A stretch of 64,000 bases of DNA from Chiloscyllium plagiosum (GCF_004010195.1 NC_057753.1:2395285-2459284), one strand, 5' to 3'; shown: positions 11,379 to 24,319, numbered from the stretch's first letter. Notes: a model not told the origin generated them from the sequence alone. Numbers and translations: made by a program.

Positions 11379-14300
11379 CATGGACAGGAACTACTCGGAC
11401 CCTGGTCAACTGACTCGTTTGGTTATTTGTTACTTGGTGTTAAACCTTAAATGCGACACTGCAGTGGGAGGAAGATAACTCGATATTGTGATTCGCTGTA
11501 TCTGACGATGGCAAACCATTGCTTGACTAGAAAGTGACACAGCTTTTCCCATTTTGGCACTAGCTGCCAGATGTTAGGTCTGACAACTATGTAAAAGAAA
11601 GCAAGTAATTGCGATCATTCTGAAGTTTCTTTGTCTTTCAGAAGAATGTTTTTAAGTCGTATTCCATCAAAACACAAACATCAGTCAGTTCGTAAACCTA
11701 TTTCCTTTCAGTATACATATAATAAGTCTGAAACCCTAAATCATTAATTAGCTCCCTCGAACCTTACATTAGGTAAAAGTTTTACCAGTTCTCAACAGAC
11801 TGCCAAAAATTTGCAAATCATCTAATAGAAATGCACAAAGAGCTCACATTGATGCTATTTAGTATCTGGTGACTGCAGCTGTCAGAGTTTCAGATAAATT
11901 ATTCCAGTAAGTTAATCACTGTGTGAAGGATGTGTTAGGTACATCGATTCTCCAATTTAATTTGTACCGATCTCCAGTGTTTTCTCTCTTTCACTGACTG
12001 AAGTCTTCAATGAATTACAGATGCACCCAGAGCTTCTGCAGATTTAGTTTGGGAAACTTGGTCGAAGTGCATAACTTGTAATGAAGAGAGTCTATTTCCT
12101 TGCCCAAGATTCTCTGAACATACGAAACTGCCCTCTGTATGATAAAGCTGCTCTTCGGGTCCCTTTAAAATCTTTGTTCTCTCGCAATACAAGTATGCCC
12201 TTCAGTTTTGCACTCCTCTACCAGAGGGAAAAGACCTTTGCTTTTCACCTTATCCATGTCCCTCATGATTTTATAAACCTTGACAAGGATTCCTCATAAC
12301 TTGCCGTACTCCAGTGACAAATGCCCACTCTCGGTATATGAAAATATTGCAGACTCATCACATATTTGACTTTTGCTTTCACGTGCATAAAGTGAAAAAA
12401 AATTCCGTCTTAACTTCGAGCTGTGAGGAAGATAAATAGGCATCTTGATAATGCAATATTTTTTGCAAACGTTCTAGAAACTAACCACTTACTTCAAATC
12501 TAGGCAATGTCATTTTATAATACGAATTTGGAAGGAAAATTAAGTTATTTATCAACACGTTAGGAAAACGTAGTTTGTGATATCCCGACGTTTATTTTTC
12601 TCCATGTCCAGATTTCATTTAGCCCCTGTTCCATAAAAATAGCTTTCTAAATTCGATCAGTGAATAATTTCAGTGATTGCATTTAACACTCTTAGCCGGG
12701 TAGTCACACATGCATTCTTATGGGTGTTCATGGCACCGATGATCACTGTGGAGTGATATCAAATAATGTAAGAAATGGTACTATACAAAATGACATCATT
12801 CTCCCCATTTTTCTGGCACTGACGCACCGAGTAGAGTTTATGACTTTGTGCTGTGTTCCTACTATTTCCCCATAAACTTGCCATTGATGTCCCTAAATAA
12901 TCATCCAACACCAACTCATTATCTTGAATGATCTTGCCTCGTCCACCATTCCAGAAAGTGCATTTCAGAACTTGACCACAGCTGCGTAAAATACATTGTT
13001 TTTTCGACAGCATTTGCTTCATTTGCAAGTTCTCGTTAATCTTTGTCCTCACGTTCTCTGTCTCTTCAGAAGGGGGAAGAGTGTTTTGCCTTTCTTTCCG
13101 CCTTGCACCTCACAGGATTTTGCAGTCATCTATTAGATCTCCTTTGAACCTTTTCCTGTCCAAGGGAAATTGACCCAATTTCTCGAAACTCACTTTTTTT
13201 AACTGAAACTCTTCATGCCCAGAAACATTTCCATAAATATCAGCAGAATTCTAACCAATTCATTCTTACCCTCCCTCGAATGTCCACAAATGTGCAAAAC
13301 ACTTCAGCTGAGGGTTAACTAATGCCTTGATTAAAGTGTAGCATTATCTCCATCCTCGTGCAGTCTGTGACTGAGTTAATAATGCCTAAGCTACTGAATG
13401 CTCTAATAATAAAATATTAATATCGAGCCACTTCTCACTCCATTGAATCCATGTAGAACATGTTTAAACATATCTTCTATAAGGAAATTGTGTGGTTCTG
13501 CTGACTTGCTACTTGCTGTGCCCGCTTCTCAATTATTCATTGCAATTGCACAGAAAAGAGCAATAGAATGAAAGGAGGGATGTAAATTCTTCTTCCTATC
13601 CATTATTGCAATCGAATTTTAATTCCGCAGTGAACAAGGTGGAAGTGAAGTGGAAGCAGTAAGTCTGGGGTGAATTGATGTCAATGATAATGAGTATCCA
13701 ACTGACAACTTGGCTTCTCCTCGATGCTTTTTTGATTTAAATGGTTGTTGGATCAATTGTCTGGTGCACGCCAGTGATCATTTCCCTCTTCATTGCAAGA
13801 AAGTAGAGCAGCAATTGAATATCCAGAATTTGTCAACACTTCTTAATTAAATCAAATTGAGCAAAATAAATGCTCACTATTTATTTTATTGCAATTTTAC
13901 AAATTTATCGTCTTCAAATGGACAATTACAGCATCACCCATCTTCAATGCATCACGCATGACACTAAGACCACGGTCAAAAACAAAACGAGTTGTCTCAG
14001 AGGGACCTTTAAAATTTGTGCTACCAAAATTTCCAATCTAAAAAGACTAAAGGTGAATATCTGAAAATACAATTCTATAATTTCCTCAACACTTTTCTCA
14101 TATTAGACTTGCCCTCAATTTTGTTGTATGATCTGAAACATCTTTTGCTTTTATCCTTCTTCCAAGTGCTTTAAAATATGTATGCCTTTGACGTTTTCAA
14201 TTTTGATTGTTAGTTGAAAATACTTGAATTGGACAAACCTGTCATAAAAGTTGCCATGTCGTACAAGCATTGACATCATCAATGTAGTTATTATGTAATG

Positions 14301-14469
14301 ATTATATCAGCACTGAATATTACTCCCACTGAATGGAATATGCTCTTTAAACCACGACGTTTACAAAATGTCTGTAGAGAGAGAATGACAGTTAACTCTT
14401 CAATGTTGCCTGCTTATCCTGGAATGGTAACTATCCTCAATCGATCTCACCCTTGCAAAATGATGTTGG

Positions 14470-14680
14470 GCATCCTTTTAAGGAAGGTCCAAATGTGGGG
14501 GTTTTAAAATGTACTTTTAAGCGTTGATGGATTGGATAGCGTCTAAGAAATTTCACATGACTGTGGGAGCGGATTTGTTCCATGGTGTGGTCAAACAGCT
14601 GATGGGCTGAAGAGGTCACAGCAGTATGGTAGTGAGAGAAAGACTCGTTGAATTCACGTCTGATGGAAGCAGAGCATTTC
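14470..14680 (-). mobile_element. Penelope-like N-terminal relic (paralog)
   Basis: ORF 14437-14769 segment QLFDHTMEQIRSHSHVKFL...HFKTPTFGP. Confidence 0.55.
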
Positions 14681-14784
14681 TTCCAATTGCCCAGTTTGAA
14701 GTTCTCTGCCTCCATCAAAGTAAAGCTCGGGTCATTTAGTGTGGAGACATGGGAACAGTTCAATCTCAATCACTGTAGACACAG

Positions 14785-15250
14785 AGAATCATAGATTCTT
14801 GGAACATTAAAACAGACACTTTAGTCCAATTTATCTGCGCCGACTAGACATCCCAATCTGACTCACTCTCACTTGCCAGAATTTGGCCCATAACGCTCTA
14901 AACCTTTCCTGTCTATACACCCATCCAGATGTCTTTTAAATGGTGTAACTATACCAGCCTCCACCTCTTCCCCTGGCAGCTCGTTGCATAAACGTACCGT
15001 CCTCTGTACCAAAAAGTTACCCCTCAGAGTTTAAAAAAAAATCTTTTCTCTTTGATCCCAAACTTATGCCCTGTAATTTTGGACTCCGCTGCCCTAGGAA
15101 AAAGAACTTAACTAATCACCAAATCTTTCCCGTCATGATTTTGTAAACTTTTATATGCTTGCCCCTCAGCTTCTGATTCTCCACGGGAAAAAGCCCAACC
15201 CTATTCAGCCTCTCCCTATATTCCATGTCCCCTGGTATCAGTACCATCCC
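14785..15250 (-). mobile_element. CR1 3' fragment
   Basis: Antisense CR1 3'-end sequence. Confidence 0.8.
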
Positions 15251-17315
15251 TCAACCAGAACATTGTCTTGTTTCTTCTCAACTATTCTGACAGTCTGAAA
15301 AAAGTGATGAGGTTTAAATTCCCACTGCACAGGAAGAATAATCGTTTAATGTCTCACATCAGAGCCAATCTTCCATCATCTTAAACAAGCCAACATTGTT
15401 TTGACGGCTTGTGGTCCATGGGGAAGTTTTCCTTCTCCATTTAGGTATTCACACTTTTGAAAGTTTCAAAACTTTGGAAATTGGGATTTCTATCTTTTGT
15501 TTCCTTCAAATTTCTGTGCTGATGACTGACAATCTTTTTAAAAATCCCATCACAATTATCAGTCTTGTAAGATGTCCAGGGATGCAGATTTGTGGGAAAT
15601 TCTGAGACTGTTATTTTTAGAGAAAAGAAAAACGAGATATTTTGTGGCACTGTTTATAAGGATTGAGGGTTTAGGAGAGGGGTATTGTTACATTAAGAGG
15701 GACAGGGTTTGATGAGGGTGAAATGGAAGGGTGACAGAGCAAACTTTCTCCATTGACAAGGGTCAGGAATCGGCGAAGTGGAATGGAAGATAATTTAAGG
15801 GAAATTAATCTGGAATCTTTATTTGTTTATAACGTCTCTATCAATTGTCACGAAAAGCTTCTAACTGGACCAGGGTGCAGTGGGGGCCGGGGGAGGCAGG
15901 ATGAGTACGTGTTTTTATAATACTTGAAAATCTCAGTCTCGATACATTGTATCACTTCTTAATCTTCCGGATATAAAGAAAATACCACAAAATTAGGGGA
16001 CCATGCATCTTTTACTGACTATATACATGGGTAAAAACTATCCAAATCCCCAGAGTTTCAAGTTCGTGCTAAATGTCAAGGGAATATTCCCTGAACGTGT
16101 TAAGTTTCATGAGGTCAAAGTTTTCAATGAGAAAAAAAACTTAATTGAGAACAGAATTAAATGAAGTGGTGAACATTTGCAATCACCAATAGTTGCACAG
16201 GCTGTAATGTCTTTAAACAATCCTCATTATCGCAGTCACTTATTTTCCTGTCACGTATCAGTTGAAGTAAGAAACTGTCATTAGAATCGGAATGCACCTG
16301 TCACGTTCTCACATACCCTGGACTGCAGCTGTCACTCAAATAGATACTCAAGTTTTTTTTTTCTCTCATGAAAAACCGATATGCAACTTAATGACCAGTT
16401 CCATCATTACGTTAACAAAGTTGCAGGTAGAGTCCCAGAGTGGACGAATGCAAACTGACTGAAATACCATTCTCACGAGCAGGTGCTAACTGTGAATTAA
16501 ACAGGCGTATTCAGAGAAGTAAAACTGTGTAACGCATGGCCATTGGTTATTACCTGTGAAATCCATACAGAGCACCAACTGCCTTGACACCTGGCATGGC
16601 TCTACAACAAGGCAAGCATGTCATAATCGGTGCAAAGGCATTCTACGAGATATCCATTTCCATTTCATTTATGTATTAAATTATGAAACGAAGTTCTGGA
16701 ATTTAATTGTTATTTAAATAAAAATAGGAAGGAATACTTTTGACTATTTTTCTTGATCATAGTAACTTTATAGTTACTGCGGGACAGAAATAAAAACATC
16801 AAAATTCGGTGCAGGAGTAGGTAATTCAGCCCCATCCAGCCTGTTTACCATTTAAGGAAAACATGGCTGATCTTATCTCAGCCTCCACTTTTCAACTGCA
16901 CTCCATAACACATTAATCATTACTAGTTAAACATGTATCTGTTGCCTTCTTAACTCAACTCAATGTCTTGACATACATTGCACTCTGCAGTAGTGAAGAT
17001 TCGCGATCCTATGAAATAAATAATTTCTCCTCAACTCAATTTTATATCTTCTAATCGTGTGATAAAGCTGTTATGAAATTTTAATTATTATTTGTTCCAA
17101 ATCAAATCGTTATCTATTCTTGTTCTTTCAAGGCGCTTTGTGCGATTAGAACATTTATTTTGCCACTGGGTGGAGGTTATTCCCTTTATTCCCCACTTCA
17201 GTGAGCATTATGGCATAGAAACGTGATATTAATAGGACACTGCCCCTCGAGACAAATAGTTTCAGCGAATATCTTGTGGCAATTTCTACTTCCCGTTTGT
17301 TTAATAACACTTGCA

Positions 17316-17857
17316 ATTAATTTATTCGGCATTACGGCCGTGCTTGCAGCACCTGATACAGGTCGCTTTCTGGCGATCGATTATGGGTCAAATGCGAAAA
17401 CCACCATTATCTGAAAAGTGTCGTGTATGTGACTTTGATTTTCATTTATTTTTGGTCATGGTCAGGAAACCTCTGTGAAGCAAGGATTAACAAAAGCGAT
17501 CAGGACAGAAAGGAGCAGTATAACTTTCAACTGCAACGATAAGACTGAAGCGACTGGGCTTGTATACCCTTGAGTTTCGAAGACTGAGAGGGGATCTGAT
17601 AGAGACATATAAGATTTCGAAGGGCTGAATCGCCTACTCCTGCACCTATTGTTTATTGTCTATTGTCGATATCACCATTTCCCTTCTACTCATTGTTGAC
17701 GCAGTAATATCCGAGCATCGAACCAGTGGCATTGAAATAAGGGTAGTTCTAGTCAGAGTGATTTATCCCTTAGTGCTGTATACTTCGAATGCCGTTTTCA
17801 GTTTGGTAATCCTCAAGTTGCGACTGAGGCAGTTCATTTTAACTGCTTGCTGACTCT
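17316..17857 (+). pseudogene. TCR alpha/delta-type V pseudogene (paralog of 10660)
   Basis: Leader with ATG>ATT; GQETSVKQGLTKAIRTERSSITFNC...LLLIVDAVISEHRTSGIEIR...TSNAVFSLVILKLRL; small LINE fragment at ~17570-17660. Confidence 0.65.
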
Positions 17858-19641
17858 CATTGCCAGAAATATTTGGGCACTTCCAACTGACTTGTTTGGT
17901 CATTGTTGCTTGGCGATAGACTTTAAATGTGGCGTTGCAGTCATCCTCTTGGAGGAATATCACTCGGTATTCGGTGTGATGTGAGTGATACAGGATCACG
18001 TCAGTACAAAACTGGAAAAGATACTGCTTTCCGACTCAATCCAATTCCTAATCACGACAACAGCTATAGTGAGCTTTCGAAGTTTGTTTTGGTGACCGGT
18101 GTAAACGTGAAATTGCATTTCTTATGTTCAATTCTTAACCAAAACCAAAAGGACTTAACTCAAGGGAACGGTTTATTTTATAGAATTTCTTTCAAATTTA
18201 ATTTATCCTTTGTCGGTTAAGCGACTATCAGGAAATAATCTCCGTTTAGATTAAATGTGTCATCAAGCTATTAAAAAAGTTCGGCTGAATCAAATTCAGA
18301 ACATGGATTTGTCAGCAGTGAGATAGACAGCAATTCAATGCGTATGTGCTTACCCTCAAGTTAACGTATTACAGCTACAGAGCAAGGCACAATCTAGGAC
18401 AGCAATGAAAGCTTTGTGACAGTGTCTGCTTGACGCTGTGCGTGACGCCAGTTGAATGCGGCCATTGACTAAACTAACAATGTGTTTGGGCAGGCACTTC
18501 ACAACTCAAGAACTGATTCCATGCTTTTCACCTGAAAGGGGAATGTCTCAGAAATTACACTATACACGTGTATTATCATACTCAGTGCAAACTTCAAGGG
18601 AAGTTACTTAAGAATTACTTGTGCAACTTTAATTTTTACAAACCTAAATGTAAAATCTGGAAAGCAGAACTGTTTACACAGCTGCAGTCCTTTATTTCCT
18701 GAACTCGACAAATGAATTGCAAGTGCAAAATTCAGCCACATTGTACGAGGTATTTCTGATGACAATGCCGTTAACTTGGCAAAAGCTATTGAGGAAATCG
18801 TTGAAGAGTAAGTGTTGAATGCCTTCAACGAGTGGAAATTTGAATTTAATCATGTCTCACAAATGATTAGCGTGAATATGGAAGATCACAAATCCAAAGT
18901 GAATTGTATTAAAATCATACGCATTATGTAGCAAACGTAGCTTGCATCACATCATATCTGCATCAGAGATTTTACAAGTAAACTTCTTCAATACAGTTCG
19001 CTAAAATGAGAATAATGATTTTGAGCCCTATTCACTTGCGAAATATCTTCTAAGCATAGCATTAAGCTGATCCATCTAATTATATAATTGATCTCTCATG
19101 TTAATTAGATACTTCACGAAAGTCATCACAAGAAGCATAACCATTTAATTCATCTCTAACTGATGGCAAGAAGCAAATACTTGTAACATGATCGCTTTAT
19201 ATCAGCGCATAAAAGCACCAGAAGTAAGAATCAGGAGGAAGATTAGTTCATTCAGTCATCAGGTGTACTCCATCATTCCGTAGAATTGCGGATGAAATTC
19301 ATTTTGATCTCATTTTAACAGTGCAGCGTTCCTGTCTTTTTTTATTCCAGAGTACTCAAGTAACGCTATTTCAGTTTAAAGTCTACCAGTGTCTCATTTT
19401 CTGTAAAGGATTCATGAACTATAATTCTCCATCTTTATCTCGGCAGCAAACAGGCAATCACTGATAATCTCTATAGAAAAACTAACAAATCCGAATGAGG
19501 ATATACTATTGGCAAATCCGTAAGGCATAACATATTCCAATTCAGTCCTGTACACTGTTCCTCTATCAGGAACACGATTACTCCGCGCGTTTTTTTTTAA
19601 AAATAGTATTCTTAATCTACTACACCGCATTCTAATATTTA

Positions 19642-19730
19642 TCCTGATAACGCGTTTCGGCTCGAAACGTCAATTCTCCTACTCCCGGGATGCTGCATGA
19701 CCAGCTGCGCATTTCAAGCGCCACACTTTT
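19642..19730 (+). mobile_element. Decayed Penelope-derived repeat with degenerate hammerhead motif
   Basis: CTGATAA...GAAACGTC followed by aattctcct.ctcc..ggatgctgc, matching the reverse complement of the 53574 element. Confidence 0.6.
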
Positions 19731-21118
19731 GGACACATTGTTTTAGCTGTCGATCTTCACATAGGGTTTGGACCTATCAACGTTAACCTCTGGACTGCAC
19801 ATGAAAACGCTGGATTAGCTTTGCAATATTTTTATCCTTTTTCAAATGCTGATATTGATGCACGTGGCCAGATTCTACGACGCTAATTGGACTTCTACTT
19901 TACTTTCCGGTAAAATAAACAGATATATGAGAGAAACAGCTTTCCCATTTGTTTTTGATAAATGATTCAGTTACTATGTGGTAATACTTCACTTGTTCTT
20001 GTACTGGTTGTCAATGTGAAGGATGCAATTATATTTCAGGTGGATATTAGTATTTAATGTTTTCCTCAGATTTATGACATGCAAGTAATTAAATTAATGG
20101 ATCATTCAATTAAAGTAATAGTTAATGGATAATCATTTGTAATTCAAATTCATGCTTTCTTGCGTCCTCCTTGTAGAATAATCACATTTGTCATGAGATT
20201 TTTGAATGTGTAAGGAGCGCTGTGTATCCAATTCGGCATGTTTCATAAACTTAAAGAGAGCAGTAAGTGTAAAGATGTACAGAATAAATCCATAAATCAA
20301 TTTAGTAGATTTTTAAAAAAAACAGATAAAGGGGAACTCTTGGTAAAAGCAAGAGCAAACATCCTTAAAATCTAATCAGAGAAATGAACAGTCATGGAAT
20401 ACTTGAGAGCCGAAATTCACAATACAAAGAGAGTAGAGAGGTTCAAAATGCAATCAGAATGATAAATTAAAATTTACCCTTTTTATAGGATGGAGGGGAG
20501 GGCGGCTACATCCAAAGATTTGGACATGATAAATTGTTTACAGCGGCCAGAAATGTGCAAGCTGCTTGAATCAGCCATGGGAAGTGTGGGATCACGGGGA
20601 GAGGGTGGGTCTGGGTTAGATAAGCTGAATGGCCTCTTTCAGCACTGCACTGATTCTGTGACTCTGTGAAGTAGTGAACATAAATCTTTATTTGTGTGAA
20701 GCCCGTTGACAAACATTATTCACTATTTGTTGCATTCCAGCAATCGTTTTTTTTTAACACAGCGCAAGTCACCAACACAATAATGGGCATGGAATGTTAA
20801 CTTATAGGTAACATGACATGCAAAGGATGATGACAGTCCGGGTTTCCCACTACTAAAATGCGTTTGGTTAGGAAATAACGGGGACGTTATCTAGAGTAGT
20901 TTCGGATTTACAGAACCAAAACAGACAATTCACCTCACCAAAAAATGCCTCCTGCATAGTTTGAACCACCTTCTCTGTTCTGATTTTATAAAACTGCATA
21001 CTAATCAGAAAACAAACAATTGTAAACTCTCAGCCTTCTCTTTAGAGGATTGACATACTAAGTTCCATATTTCAAAGCTCATTGCCCAATTCCGCTGGGT
21101 AAAAGCAGCATTATCAAT

Positions 21119-21168
21119 ATGGAAATCAGAACAGTTCTTTCAGTTGCAATGGTTTATGCCTCACTTCG
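21119..21168 (+). other. Candidate leader exon for the V at 21865
   Basis: MEIRTVLSVAMVYASL is signal-peptide-like and followed by GT, but that donor is phase 2 while the V exon needs phase 1. Confidence 0.45.
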
Positions 21169-21864
21169 GTGGAAGAGCTCTGCTTTTCTGTTACTTTCTA
21201 TTATGAATACCCGTAGTCCTTTGGCTTCTCCAGACCTTGCCAATCTGTGTCACCACCTTCCTTATATCCATGCATTAATATTAATTTGTGCTCTGCCCGC
21301 TTAAGATATGTTTCAGGAACATGTGATCAGTATACGCTTGCATACGAAGTTGCATCAGTTCCTACCGCTAAATTTGAATTATTTTTTTTTTAAATGGTCT
21401 GGAATGAAGAATCTAGTGGTGACCAAAAATGCATAATCGATTGTCAGAAAATCCCATTTAATTCAATAATCTCCGTCAGGGAAGGAAACTAACATCCTTA
21501 CCTGGCCTGGAAAATTTGCGACTCCATATTCATAGCAATGTTACTGAATATTAAGTGTTCGCTGTATAATTAAGGATGGGCATTAAATGCTATGTAGCCA
21601 GCCACGCCATCGTCCTGTGAAAAGATAAATAAATAACTGCCAACTTTTGATCCACTTTTGTCAGATTATTAACCTTTGCAAAGTTTTGGCAAAGTTGTAC
21701 CTTAGCTAAGAAAAAGATCTTTGGGTATTGGAGAGTGGATGTGAGCTGCAAATCTTTTGTGAATGAATTAAATTTGGACCAGGTCCCTATATTTCTGGAA
21801 TACAAATCGGAAGGGAAGCAAGCTTCTTTTGTGCTTTACATGCGAATCACATTGCATGTTACAG

Positions 21865-22138
21865 GTGAAGAGACTGTTTTACAGTCATTTCCATCTCAGA
21901 CTCCGAGTGAATGGAAGACCGTATCGATACACTGTCACACAGCCATTTCATTCTTTGCGATATACTGGTTCATGCAAACTCCGAGTCAGAGTCTGAAGAT
22001 ATTGGTAATGGTGACCGGAAGCGAGACAGCAAGTAATGGTAGATTTCGAGCCGTCAGTCGAAGCGAAGAGAAAAGCAGCTCTCTGATTATATCAAGCTGG
22101 CGTCTAACAGACACTGGAACCTACTTTTGTGCCTTGCA
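21865..22138 (+). CDS. T-cell receptor alpha/delta-type V gene segment, V exon (open frame)
   Basis: TACAG acceptor; (G)EETVLQS...TVSIHC...IYWFMQTPSQSLK...SNGRF...SSSLIISS..LTDTGTYFCAL with conserved Cys-Trp-Cys, ending at an RSS. Confidence 0.9.
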
Positions 22139-22177
22139 CACAGTGTGGAAAGAAGTGACAGTGTCCGCACAAAAACC
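22139..22177 (+). promoter_or_regulatory. Recombination signal sequence, 23-bp spacer
   Basis: CACAGTG (22139-22145) + 23 nt + ACAAAAACC (22169-22177): consensus heptamer and nonamer. Confidence 0.97.
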
Positions 22178-22689
22178 TCCTCTACTAGGAGTATGCTGTA
22201 TTTTGAGCAATGTAAATAAAGGACGATATTTGAACTTTTGATGATGAAAATCGGGTGATATTCAACGTCTTTATGTTAGTCCAAACGAGACATTAGATCA
22301 ATCCCGATGTAAATTTAAAGTAGGCTTATTGCAGAGTGCTGACAAATTCGTTACTAGATAATTTGTGCATACTCCAATTATCAGCAGTTAACTGATGTCG
22401 TTCCCCATAACATTCATTTGGGCTTAGGTTTTCAGTGAATTTTTAAACTGTACATAAAAGTTGCTCGAAGCAGAGAGGAGCATTTCAGTTACATCGCATG
22501 TGCCCAGATGTTATACTGAACATTGTATTCTCTTTGGGGACGTTCCTGGGAAATTATACCTTGATATTTGACTGCTTTAGTGCAGTAACACAAATAAAGT
22601 AGCACGTTTCATGTGGTTAAGTTGCCAAATTGCACTAATTGTGATTTCAACACCTTTGTTCAGTCAGTCATGCTTTTATTGAGACTTTT

Positions 22690-22890
22690 GATTAGAACAT
22701 AGAACAGTACAGCACATGAACGAGTCCTTCCGCCCATGATGTTATGCTGAACATTACACCAATTAAACTAATTCCTTCTGCCTGTGTTTCGTCCATATCT
22801 CTCATTCCTTGCATATTCATGAACTTATCTAAAAGTCCCTGAAATGTCCCTAACATATCTGCCTCCTGCACCACCTTTGGATGCGTGGTC
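22690..22890 (-). mobile_element. CR1-type LINE 3' fragment
   Basis: agaacatagaacagtacagcac antisense tail; ORF 22692-22928 resembles the CR1 C-terminus. Confidence 0.7.
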
Positions 22891-23144
22891 AAGACCCCTA
22901 CCACTCTCAGTGTTAAATAATTGCTCACATATCTCCTTTGAACTTTTCCTGTCGAGTCTTGGTATTAGTATTTAGTTTGGTATTGCTATTAGAATAGCTA
23001 TGGGAACAATTTAAGGAACTGAAAGCTGAATACAACACGTGCAGAGGAACAGATTCTTCGACAGAATGTGCAAAACAATGTCAAAGACAATATGGTCATT
23101 CACAGCTGCAATGATTAAAACATTATCTTTCTTTGGAAATAAGA

Positions 23145-23790
23145 GTTGTGAAAATATCGAATTATACAACACGGAAACAAACCCTTTGGTCCATGCTGGC
23201 CATCTAATCGTGTCCTATTTGCCAGCAATTGCCCCATATCCCTCTAAACCCTTCCTATTCATGTGCTCATTCAGATGCTTTTTCGGTGTTGCAATTGCAT
23301 CAGCTCCACCCGTTCCATGCACACACCACCATTTGCTTGAAAAAGTTTCCAAATACATTGCTTTTAAATGTTACGCTCTTGCCTTAAACATCTGCTCTCT
23401 TGTTCTGGACTACCATACCCTGAGAAAATTGTCTTGACTATTAACCCTTTCCATGCCCCTCATGATTTTATAAACTTCACTCTTCAGCCTCTGAAACTCC
23501 AGTCAAAGAAGACCCAGCGTAACCAACCTATTTTTATAACGTCATTCCCTGCAAAATCCTGGTGAATCTTTTTTTCAACCTTCCCTAACTTAACAATATC
23601 ATTCCTACAGCAGCGAGACCAGAATTGAATGCCAAATCTTAAAAGTGGCCTAACAAATGTCCTGTACACAAGAATCACAGCATCTCAACTCCTATGCTCA
23701 AAACATTGACCAATGAAGACAAGCATGCTAAACGCCTTCTTCACCAGCCTGTATCTGAGACTCCAATTTCAAGCAACGAAGACCTACACC
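23145..23790 (-). mobile_element. CR1 3' fragment
   Basis: ORF 23484-23678 (YRTFVRPLL...QFWS) is CR1 ORF2. Confidence 0.8.
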
Positions 23791-23792
23791 CC

Positions 23793-23860
23793 CACTGTAA
23801 CTCTGCGACTATCACGATTACTGGGAATAAGGAACCATGGTCATAGTGACTGCAGGTAAG
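23793..23860 (+). pseudogene. Immunoglobulin heavy-chain-type J segment, pseudogene
   Basis: Heptamer-like CACTGTA (23793-23799); translation DYHDYWE*GTMVIVTA followed by G|GTAAG donor (GT at 23856); matches the shark IgM/IgW JH pattern DYWGQGTMVTVT(A/S). Confidence 0.8.
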
Positions 23861-24319
23861 AAGTATGAACATTTTTGGCAACTGTTACAATTGTTTAAAA
23901 TTCCTACTTATGTTAGTAATTCATTTCACAAATGAAACTTGTGCTCAGTGGATCCTGAGTTTGGTTTGGTTCCAATTGCTTTTTCATGAAAATTGGTTTG
24001 AGAACTCAAATTAGCATCACCAAAAATAAAACTGTTAAGTGACGGTTCAATTGCCAGTGGCTTTCCAGGTGTTTACCTGCTGGGCATACCGTGTAACTGG
24101 GTTACTTGAAACACGTAGTCTCTTAAATAGTTAGGCGTTTCAACAATCTCAGTTTAATCTCACTGGCAGTAAGCATCTGCGAGGTTTAGCAATGGCCAGC
24201 ATTACACACTCAATTAGGTTTGAAATGTGACAAAGCTTTAACAAAATTCGCTAAATTATCACTACTCATGTTTTGAATATATTCCAACTACTCGTAATAC
24301 TGTTGCCAATACGGTTTAG

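Larger units (their letters stand above)
3300..11550 (+). repeat. Segmental duplication unit 1
   Basis: Collinear by eye with ~12140-18040 (3500-5900/12330-14780; 6290-6760/15650-16110; 8760-9630/16170-17010; 10354-11550/17010-18040). Confidence 0.85.
12140..18040 (+). repeat. Segmental duplication unit 2
   Basis: Collinear paralog of 3300-11550 lacking both SINEs, the solo LTR and most of ~6760-8420. Confidence 0.85.

Noticed and set aside
12723-12815. GGTGTTCAT-12 nt-CACTGTG as a 12-RSS before a J segment (paralog ~3890)
   Set aside because: Nonamer matches only 6/9; no FGxG/WGxG motif or splice donor follows; the third copy has lost the heptamer.
18060-18520. Two J-like strings (aagtttgttttggtgaccggt; aaactaacaatgtgtttgggcaggcact)
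   Set aside because: Both need frameshifts to read FGxG, and lack a credible RSS spacing and donor.
22180-23145. D segments between the V and the JH relic
   Set aside because: No heptamer pair with correctly spaced nonamers could be found by eye.
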